This document shows positions 24,859 to 32,000 of a stretch of 32,000 nt of DNA, in pieces. The position numbers and the translations under genes are program-made. Source of the stretch: Ignicoccus pacificus DSM 13166. Lineage in GTDB: Archaea > Thermoproteota > Thermoprotei_A > Sulfolobales > Ignicoccaceae. Numbering within the stretch: position 1 is the stretch's first letter; each line of letters opens with the position of its first letter. The notes beneath the pieces are model-generated. The model was not told the DNA's origin. It did no database searches and saw only the letters and a list, made by a program, of their open reading frames with translations. The stretch spans positions 1,170,001 to 1,202,000 of the forward strand of contig CP006868.1 of NCBI GenBank assembly GCA_025340205.1. Reading direction: 5' to 3'.

Positions 24859-27447
24859 TTGCCAGAACAGAAGTTCTTCGTCACTGCGGCCTTCCCCTAT
24901 GCCTTGCCGTTCGACTTGGAAGACCTCTACACGAGGCTAAGGAGCTTCGTGATAGCTGACGCTTATGCCAAGTACAACCTAAGCCTAGGCAAGGAAGTCC
25001 TCTTCCCCATGGGCTTCCACTACTCGGGAACCCCCATAGTGTCCTTCTTCGAGGAGGTGAAGAAGGGTAATGAGGAAGCTGTAAAGAAGCTCAAGAGCTT
25101 GGGCGTAGACCCCACTCAAGTGGAATCCCCTAAGCACTTGGCAGACATAATGGCTGAGAAGATAAGGGAGCTCTTGGAAAAGCTTCAAGTTGAGCCCGAT
25201 TGGTCCCATTCGTTCAACACCGAGGATCCTGGATATAAATCCTTCGTAAGATGGATATTCTTGAAGCTTAAGGAAAAGGGCCTCGTGGAGAAGGGGATCT
25301 ACCCCGTCCCGTGGGATCCGGTAGAGGAGATGCCCATAAGTCATCACGACACCCAAGGCTTCAAGCTTCCCAAGATAGGACAGTTCTACCTCCTCCTCTT
25401 CGAGGTCTCTCCTAACACCTACTTGCCGGCCGCCCTTAGACCTGAGACGGCCTTCGCCGTTACCAACATATGGATAAACCCTAAGTCAAAATATGTGCTA
25501 ATAGATATGAATGGAAAGAGGATGATAGTGAGCGAGAAGGCGGCCTTCAAGCTCAGGCACCAAATAGAGGGAGTCGTTGAGCTGGGAGAGGTCTCCCCCA
25601 CCGAGCTGCTCGGCAAGAGGGCGCTCAACCCCATAACCCTAGAGAGGGTCCCCGTCCTCCCCTCCTCTCACGTGGATCCCAACAAGGGGAGCGGGCTGGT
25701 CGCCTCCACGCCGGCCCACAACGTTCAAGATTATCTAGCTCTCAAGGAGTTCCTCTCCAGTCCTACCTTACTCGAGAGCTTTGGCATCGAGGAGAAGGAG
25801 ATCAAGCCGAAGAAGGTGATAGAGGTCCCCGGGGAGGAGGACCTCTTGGAGAAGCTGCTGAAGGAAGATCCCAAGGAGGCGAACAGGAGGCTAACCCTAA
25901 TAGAGAGGAACAAGGGAAGAATGATTTGCGAGGAGATACTGAAGCTCGCTAAGGGCACCGAGAGGGAGGACTTCTTCAAGGGCCTGCTGAAGGTAGCCAT
26001 TTGTGACCACAAGCCTGGAGAAGTTGCGGAAATAGTGAAGAACGCCACGATATTCTCTGGAATAGCGTTCGTAATGTATGATATAATTAACGGACCCATT
26101 TACTCTAGGTTTGGAAACGAGGTAGTGGTCAAGATCCTCAAGGACCAGTGGTTCTTGAATTACGACAACGACAAGTGGAAGGAGGAAGCACTGGAGGCCT
26201 TGGGAATGACCGAGTTCTGGCCTAGAGACGCCAAGAAGGTCGTGGCGGAGAGCATCAGGACCGCAAGGAAGAGGGCCTTCACCGTGACTAGGGGAATGGG
26301 AACGGAGCTTCCTTGGGAGAGAGGTGCGATAATAGACAGCTTGAGCGATTCCACATTATACTACATGTATTACATCTTCGCTCCCAAGGTTAACGGGAAG
26401 GAGCTCAGCCCGGAGGAGTGGGATTATCTGATACTGGGTAAGGGAATGGGTGAGATTCCGGAGGAGCTGAAGGAGCTAAGGAGAGAGTTCATCAAGTGGA
26501 TGCCACTCGATATGAGGATAGTCCACGAGGGCCTGCTAAGGAGCCACGTGGCCTACATGTACTTCCATCAAGCGGCGCTCCTTCCCCCGACCCAGTCTCC
26601 CAAGAGGCTCATCTCAACCGGACCGGTCGAGGGAGACCTCAGGGATCCGTGGAAGGTGAACGGAGAAGCGCTGAGGTTGTTACTATTAACCAAGGCCAAG
26701 CCATCATCTAAGCTAACGATTGAGAAGTTGGAGGATGAATTGAATTCAATGAATAGGATGATAAACCAGATCAAGAATCTGAAAGGCATTGAAACCGAAG
26801 AAAGGGAGATGACCTTGGTAGATCAGTGGCTCTTGAGCGAGCTCGCCAAGCAAGGGGAGAGGTTCAGGTTCCACATGGAGCAGAATCAAGTAAGGGAGGC
26901 AGCTCTTATAGCGGTTAACAAGATGCTGGACATAGCCTTTAGATACTTGAGCAGGGTTGCAGACGAAGGATTGAAACCCTCCAACGTCTTCAAGGACTTC
27001 TTGGAAGGCTGGAGCGCTATGTTGTATCCGATAATGCCTAAGCTGGCCAAGGAGATAGGGACCGGCAAGTGGGTTGAAGCCGAGAGGAACCTAGAGGCGG
27101 AGGCGGCGGAGGCCTACTTTGACATCCTCTACCAGACCCTCAAGCCGTACAGAGGTAAGAGGGTAACTTTGGTCGTGGCACCTTATGAGAAGATGAAGGC
27201 GCTTAGAGACGCGCTCGAAGCCATAGATGAAGGAGTGTGGGAGGACTTGGAGGACATGCCGAAGGAGATAGTGGATGAGGCCTTCAAGCTAGGGAGCGAC
27301 TTGAGGGAGCTGGTGAACTACATCAACGAAGAGGAGCTAGCGAGGAGGTTCGCCGAGGTGCTCAAGAACAAGCTCGGCTTAGAGGAACTCAAGGTTGAGG
27401 TCGGAGACACCCTTCCGCTAAAACCTCTTGTGAAAGAAAATCAGTGA
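24859..27447 (+). CDS. Leucyl-tRNA synthetase-like protein lacking HIGH and KMSKS motifs
   Basis: LeuRS framework conserved (KFFVTAAFPY, EVLFPMGFHYSGTPI, DWSHSFNTEDPGYKSFVRWIF, PVPWDPVEEMPISHHDTQG, DSLSDSTLYYMYYIFAP). HIGH position reads PFDLEDLYTRLR, and no KMSKS occurs before LRLLLLTKA. Confidence 0.93.
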   Translation: MPEQKFFVTAAFPYALPFDLEDLYTRLRSFVIADAYAKYNLSLGKEVLFPMGFHYSGTPIVSFFEEVKKGNEEAVKKLKSLGVDPTQVESPKHLADIMAEKIRELLEKLQVEPDWSHSFNTEDPGYKSFVRWIFLKLKEKGLVEKGIYPVPWDPVEEMPISHHDTQGFKLPKIGQFYLLLFEVSPNTYLPAALRPETAFAVTNIWINPKSKYVLIDMNGKRMIVSEKAAFKLRHQIEGVVELGEVSPTELLGKRALNPITLERVPVLPSSHVDPNKGSGLVASTPAHNVQDYLALKEFLSSPTLLESFGIEEKEIKPKKVIEVPGEEDLLEKLLKEDPKEANRRLTLIERNKGRMICEEILKLAKGTEREDFFKGLLKVAICDHKPGEVAEIVKNATIFSGIAFVMYDIINGPIYSRFGNEVVVKILKDQWFLNYDNDKWKEEALEALGMTEFWPRDAKKVVAESIRTARKRAFTVTRGMGTELPWERGAIIDSLSDSTLYYMYYIFAPKVNGKELSPEEWDYLILGKGMGEIPEELKELRREFIKWMPLDMRIVHEGLLRSHVAYMYFHQAALLPPTQSPKRLISTGPVEGDLRDPWKVNGEALRLLLLTKAKPSSKLTIEKLEDELNSMNRMINQIKNLKGIETEEREMTLVDQWLLSELAKQGERFRFHMEQNQVREAALIAVNKMLDIAFRYLSRVADEGLKPSNVFKDFLEGWSAMLYPIMPKLAKEIGTGKWVEAERNLEAEAAEAYFDILYQTLKPYRGKRVTLVVAPYEKMKALRDALEAIDEGVWEDLEDMPKEIVDEAFKLGSDLRELVNYINEEELARRFAEVLKNKLGLEELKVEVGDTLPLKPLVKENQ

Positions 27448-28340
27448 CCGAATATACTGGTTCCTATTATCATCTCCATGACTTTTCCGAATGCGAAGCT
27501 TCCGAAGGCTGTCAGCATCAGCAAGGTGACGCTCTCCACGTATTCCCTCATGAAGTTCTTGTCTTGTATGACAGAGCTGTAGTATATGAAGGCTCCGAGG
27601 ATCGCCATAGCTACCATTAGCGACGCGACGAAAGCTCCCCAGATGTTGTGTATTATGAAGTACGGGAGCGCTAGTAGTACCACCGAGAGGATGTAGGCCA
27701 GTCCCGTTATCCCCGCGCTTACGGGAGGGCTAACGGAGGGATCGTGCTTCGCTTGGAGGTAAGCCGCTCCAGACATCGAGAGGGAGGCGGAGAAGCCCAC
27801 TATTATTCCGGCCAGTCCCGCCAGGATGGTGTTGGCGGTAGCTCCCAAGAAGCCCGCGTGGACTCCGGTGACCTCTACCACCGCGTCCGCCAATCCGAGC
27901 GCTATGTAACCCAAGTACTTTACCCTTATGTCCTCGACGTCCTTTATCAGCTCGTTCTCATGGTACATCTCGTCCTTCAGTATCTCCTCTAGCTCCCTCT
28001 TCGTCTCCTCGTCCTTTGCTTCCTCAAGCAATCTCTTGTAGCACTTTATCGCATCCGTTTCGCTTCTCTCCATAAGTTTAAGCAAGAAGTGCGTTCCAAA
28101 GATCTTTCTCATAATCTTTATCTTCCTTAAGTTAACCTTTGGTGGCTCGCATTCCACGTGCCTCCTCCAGAACTCGAAGTGTCTCCTCTCTTGCTCCGCT
28201 ATAGTCTTCAGCTTCTTGGCCACCTTCTCGTTCTTCTCAGTCGCTGCCAAGTAGCTGTAGATCACGTAAGACTTCCACTCCTCCTTGCACATCTCCTTCC
28301 CCATCTCCTCGAAGTCGGTCACTTTCGTCTTCACCGCCAA
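27441..28340 (-). CDS. Ferritin-like (rubrerythrin) domain fused to a VIT1/CCC1-family transporter
   Basis: N-terminal ERRHFEFWRR and DEMYHENELI di-iron motifs; C-terminal GLADAVVEVTGVHAGFLGATANTILAGLAGIIVGFSASLSMSGAAYLQAK. Confidence 0.93.
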   Translation of the reverse strand: MAVKTKVTDFEEMGKEMCKEEWKSYVIYSYLAATEKNEKVAKKLKTIAEQERRHFEFWRRHVECEPPKVNLRKIKIMRKIFGTHFLLKLMERSETDAIKCYKRLLEEAKDEETKRELEEILKDEMYHENELIKDVEDIRVKYLGYIALGLADAVVEVTGVHAGFLGATANTILAGLAGIIVGFSASLSMSGAAYLQAKHDPSVSPPVSAGITGLAYILSVVLLALPYFIIHNIWGAFVASLMVAMAILGAFIYYSSVIQDKNFMREYVESVTLLMLTAFGSFAFGKVMEMIIGTSIFGH

Positions 28341-28423
28341 AGTAGGCAGAAGGGAGCAATTAAGCGGAATCCCCGAAGAACCTAAATGAGCTCCTTGAGT
28401 ATGGCTATGACAGGTAAAGCGGC

Positions 28424-30172
28424 TTGTGCGGCATAGCGGCTCTAGCGACGACCGGAGAGACGAAGAAGCAGACGGTAAGGATATTGCTTGAAGCCTTGAG
28501 GTCCCTCGAGTACAGGGGATACGATTCTGCTGGGCTAGCCGTCTACGACGAGGACGAGGGGAGGATTAAGGTATGGAAGAGGAAGGGTAAGGTCGAGACC
28601 TTGGTGAGGCTTCTAAGGGGAGTAAGGATAAGCGCGCCCATTGGAATAGCCCATACCCGATGGGCCACTCACGGAGTCCCCAACGAGGTAAACGCTCATC
28701 CTCATTTAGATTGTAGAGGAGAGATAGCGGTCGTTCACAATGGAATTATATCAAACTACTTGGAACTGAAGAAAGAACTGATCGAAAAAGGTCATGTCTT
28801 CAAAAGCGAGACGGATACTGAAGTTTTCGCTCACTTGTTTGAGGAGGAGATGAAGAGTAAGGAGCCCTTCGAGGCGTTTAAGTCTGCCATAAGCAAGCTT
28901 GAAGGGTACTACGCTATAGTCGCCATAACGTCCAAGGACCCGGAGAGAGTATTCTTCGCTAGAAAGGAGAGCCCTCTGATCGTAGGCAAAGGGAGCGACT
29001 TGAATATGGTTTCAAGCGATATAGCGAGCTTGCTGAGGTACTGCTCCAAGGTAGCTCCCATAGAGGACGGGGAGGTGGGATGGCTCACTTGGAGGGAGAT
29101 ATATGTAGAGAAAAACGGAGAAAGGGTAGCGGTAGGGGAGAGGTTCTTCCGTCCCCCTTGGACCCCAGAACAAGCTACCAAAGGCAACTTCCCTCACTTC
29201 ATGCTTAAGGAGATACACGAACAAGGAACGGCAGTAAAGGAAACCCTCATGAGCATCTCAACAGATCCAAGGGTCAAGGAGGTTCTCGAGCTCCTCGAGG
29301 GGAGGGTAGTGGTGGTAGCGGCCGGCACTTCCCTTCACGCTGGAATGGTCTTCTCCTACGCCTTAGGTAAGCTCTTGGGTAAGGACGTAATCTTGTTGGA
29401 TTCCTCGGAAGCATATCATTTAGAAAAGTTATTGAAAGATACAGTAATTGCGATAAGTCAGAGCGGTGAAACCTATGATACCCTTAAGGCAGTCAGGATA
29501 GCGAAGAGGAACGGCGCTAAGGTAATAGGAGTTGTGAACGTCTTAGGATCTACCTTGGATAGGGAGGCTGACATAAGCCTCTACACCAGGGCCGGACCGG
29601 AAATAGGGGTTGCTGCCACCAAGACCTTCTTGAGCCAAGTCACCTTGCTCCTCTACCTAGTGTCGAGGATGAGCGGGGTAGAGTTGAAGGACCCTCACCT
29701 CCTCGTGGAATCTTCTATAAGAAAGAGCATAGGATATGCAAGGAGCTTGGCGGAGAGACTCAAGGAGAAGCAGAGCATGTTCGTCCTAGGCACTGGAGCC
29801 AGCTTGCCCATAGCGTATGAGGGAGCCTTGAAGATAAAGGAGATATCATACGTTCACGCCGAGGGATACCCGGCGGGTGAGGCGAAGCACGGTCCAATAG
29901 CTCTAGCAGAGGAGGGCTTTCCGGTTCTGATAGCTTGGACTCCAGAGGACGAGGAGAAGCTCCAAGTGGCGAAGGAGGAGTTCGCCTCCAGGGGAAGCGA
30001 GGTCTACTGGGTGGGTCCGAGGGGGGACATAGTTGCTCCCGAGAGCGATTGGCTCCACTTGCCCTTCACCATAACTCCTCCCTTCCAGCTGCTCGCCTAC
30101 TACATGGCAGTGCTCAAAGGTTATGATCCCGACAAGCCCAGAAACCTAGCGAAGAGCGTTACGGTTCACTAA
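28424..30172 (+). CDS. glmS: Glutamine--fructose-6-phosphate transaminase (isomerizing)
   Basis: MCGIAALATT...LRSLEYRGYDSAGLAVYDE, IGIAHTRWATHGVPNEVNAHPH, AISQSGETYDTLKAVRIAKRNGAKVIGVVNV, AKSVTVH C-terminus. TTG start. Confidence 0.98.
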   Translation: MCGIAALATTGETKKQTVRILLEALRSLEYRGYDSAGLAVYDEDEGRIKVWKRKGKVETLVRLLRGVRISAPIGIAHTRWATHGVPNEVNAHPHLDCRGEIAVVHNGIISNYLELKKELIEKGHVFKSETDTEVFAHLFEEEMKSKEPFEAFKSAISKLEGYYAIVAITSKDPERVFFARKESPLIVGKGSDLNMVSSDIASLLRYCSKVAPIEDGEVGWLTWREIYVEKNGERVAVGERFFRPPWTPEQATKGNFPHFMLKEIHEQGTAVKETLMSISTDPRVKEVLELLEGRVVVVAAGTSLHAGMVFSYALGKLLGKDVILLDSSEAYHLEKLLKDTVIAISQSGETYDTLKAVRIAKRNGAKVIGVVNVLGSTLDREADISLYTRAGPEIGVAATKTFLSQVTLLLYLVSRMSGVELKDPHLLVESSIRKSIGYARSLAERLKEKQSMFVLGTGASLPIAYEGALKIKEISYVHAEGYPAGEAKHGPIALAEEGFPVLIAWTPEDEEKLQVAKEEFASRGSEVYWVGPRGDIVAPESDWLHLPFTITPPFQLLAYYMAVLKGYDPDKPRNLAKSVTVH

Positions 30173-30233
30173 AAGGGATGACTGAGTTTATTCCGGGCTA
30201 CCGAGCGGTGAGGATTGGACTACCGCGAGGACC

Positions 30234-30437
30234 TCAGTTGGGATCCATCTCGGCCGCCATTTCGGTGAGTATAGCGAGGCCTCCGAAGAGTATGGCCGCC
30301 CCAGTGGTCAGGAGCACTATGTTGGTTGCCAAGTCTGCTGGAATAGTGAACAAGTGAGTGGCGGTAGTCATTATGAAGTCGATAACTATGGCTATTACCA
30401 TCAATAGCGTGAATAAGCTGTTAATCTTCCCTATCAC
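30234..30437 (-). CDS. Small two-TM membrane protein (hypothetical)
   Basis: MIGKINSLFTLLMVIAIVIDFIMTTATHLFTIPADLATNIVLLTTGAAILFGGLAILTEMAAEMDPN; fills the gap between neighbours. Confidence 0.6.
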   Translation of the reverse strand: MIGKINSLFTLLMVIAIVIDFIMTTATHLFTIPADLATNIVLLTTGAAILFGGLAILTEMAAEMDPN

Positions 30438-30478
30438 TTCCCATCCCCATAGCTATGGGGAGGAAAGGGCTTTTACAT

Positions 30479-31324
30479 TTAAGGAGGTGATACCGAGAAG
30501 CTCCTCACCACGTTCTCGACGTTAAGCTTGTACAGGTAGTCCTCGCTGACCTTCTCCTCGTTCAGTAACTCCAGTTGTACCTTCGCCATCTCCCACGGGT
30601 AGATCACTATTCCGGGCCTCTTGGGATCGTCTATGTGGTCGCTCTCAACCATGTAATTAGGGGGTAACTCGAGGGCCTTCTCCAAGCTCCCCTTGACTCC
30701 TGGGGCAGTTGCGGGAACTCCTAGCTCCACCGCGGCCTTGAGCGTCTTTCCCCTGGCATGGTGCATTATCACCCTCTCCGACTTAGCGCCTATCCTCCTC
30801 ACCCTCTCCTTGACGTCGAGGGCGCTTACCCTCCCCCCTTGCTCTAGGTGTAAGTGCACCACCACGTCGTAGTCTTTGGATATCTCTATAGCTCTGTCCA
30901 TAATGTGCTCAGCTATGACCACCGAAATAGGGTTGGTCTTGTAGTGCTGCCTTCCTACCTCTCCCACGCCCTGAAGCCTTCCCTCCTTTACGGCCTTTTC
31001 CACTAAGTCCATTACCTTCATGCCAAAATCGAGCACTTCCTCCGGCTTCATCGATCCCAAGTGCTTGTCCACGTCGGCAGGGTGAAAGCCGTAAAGACAA
31101 GAGACCTTAAGGCCGTAGCTCCTAGCCTTCTCGCACTCCTTGATCGTTAACTCCAGCGTTTTCTCATAGCCCTCCAAGTTGCCTTCAATTCCATAGTGCC
31201 AAGGGCTCAGGCCCACTATCGCTAGGAACCAGCCTCCGGCTTCCTTGAACTTGGGAGCGATCTTTTCCATTCCGAGACCCCTTACGGGATTGGTGTGGGT
31301 GTGAGCATCCGCTATGGGAACCAC
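30479..31324 (-). CDS. TatD-related TIM-barrel metal-dependent hydrolase
   Basis: IADAHTHTNP, GFHPADVDKH, VGEVGRQHY, VVVHLHLEQGG, MHHARGKTL, MVESDHIDDP. Confidence 0.9.
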   Translation of the reverse strand: MVPIADAHTHTNPVRGLGMEKIAPKFKEAGGWFLAIVGLSPWHYGIEGNLEGYEKTLELTIKECEKARSYGLKVSCLYGFHPADVDKHLGSMKPEEVLDFGMKVMDLVEKAVKEGRLQGVGEVGRQHYKTNPISVVIAEHIMDRAIEISKDYDVVVHLHLEQGGRVSALDVKERVRRIGAKSERVIMHHARGKTLKAAVELGVPATAPGVKGSLEKALELPPNYMVESDHIDDPKRPGIVIYPWEMAKVQLELLNEEKVSEDYLYKLNVENVVRSFSVSPP

Positions 31325-31455
31325 TTCATTCCCCCGGAGCGCTTTGAGGAATAGCTTATGAGGAGAGGTTTAGGAAACCATCACGGCTCCGGTCCCTTCA
31401 CGCCGTCTGGAAGGGCGGCGAATGAGAGGGATCCCCGTTGGGCGCCACACATCCC

Positions 31456-31995
31456 TCACACACCAAGTTCCTCTAAGAGGAAGTATAGGAGAACCTTGTT
31501 GTTCTTAATTATTTCAAATGCCCTAAGTACATAGGGCTTATCCATGATTACAAGCTTCTCGCTGAGACTATCTCCTTTGAGCTTCCACCTGAGCATGGCA
31601 TTACCTCTAACATCGAGCACCTCCACCTCTCCTTTTCTTAGAACTAGGAGCAAGTCCTCGTATAATAGAGCGTCCTCAGCTTCTCCTATAACGACTTCAT
31701 CTCCGTTTACTATTGCCCTCCCGTCCCCAGTAATTATCAAACCGTTATCAGTCACCTTTAACGAGTTTAGATCGCCCAGCTTGGAAATGTGAACCTTGCC
31801 AGCTTCCTCCACCTCATCTTCAGCTAAGAGGAGGTGAAGCCAGGGAGGCTTGAGTATGCCTAAAGTAATCTTTCCCTTGATCCTCTTCGCGAAGAGTAAC
31901 CTTCCCTCAAGCGCGAAGACCTTCCCGTCGATCTCGACGATTACTTTGTTACTATTAAGAATTGAAATTAGGCCCTTACTCCCTATGAAGTACAC
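31456..31995 (-). CDS. Hypothetical beta-rich protein
   Basis: 179-aa ORF MYFIGSKGLISILNSNKVIVEIDGK...; no family recognised; at the window edge. Confidence 0.6.
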   Translation of the reverse strand: MYFIGSKGLISILNSNKVIVEIDGKVFALEGRLLFAKRIKGKITLGILKPPWLHLLLAEDEVEEAGKVHISKLGDLNSLKVTDNGLIITGDGRAIVNGDEVVIGEAEDALLYEDLLLVLRKGEVEVLDVRGNAMLRWKLKGDSLSEKLVIMDKPYVLRAFEIIKNNKVLLYFLLEELGV

Positions 31996-32000
31996 CCTAG

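Overview
This 32 kb window looks like a chromosomal segment from a hyperthermophilic crenarchaeon. The Ignicoccus/Desulfurococcales-like assignment is inferred from protein families and the frequent TTG/GTG starts. Housekeeping content: nop10, aIF2-alpha, trpF, aroC, a trans-sulfuration PLP enzyme, tRNA-Ser(UGA), a prefoldin subunit pair, a COG1407-type phosphoesterase, glmS, a ferritin-like/VIT1 fusion and a TatD-like hydrolase. The main accessory region (about 9.5-15.6 kb) has an AT-rich site-2-protease-like gene and a short 7-repeat CRISPR array transcribed leftwards. A roughly 520-bp intergenic region separates the array from a divergent adaptation-only cassette (csa1-cas1-cas2-cas4). The last cas4 is split by a frameshift. 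The next gene, an MFS permease, has an in-frame TAA after which clearly homologous protein continues. No interference, cas6 or cas3 genes are in the window. Other items worth a second look: a full-length LeuRS-like protein that has lost both the HIGH and KMSKS signatures; a ParA/MinD-like protein with a non-canonical P-loop (CGGAGRT); a truncated TtuA-like zinc-finger protein; an 828-aa orphan multidomain protein; an unlisted Cys-rich microprotein; a hendecad-repeat coiled-coil protein; a possible structured RNA upstream of csa1; and a candidate NYN/PIN-like protein. No wholly new system can be demonstrated from sequence alone. The strongest leads are the array/adaptation locus with its damaged flank and the degenerate LeuRS.
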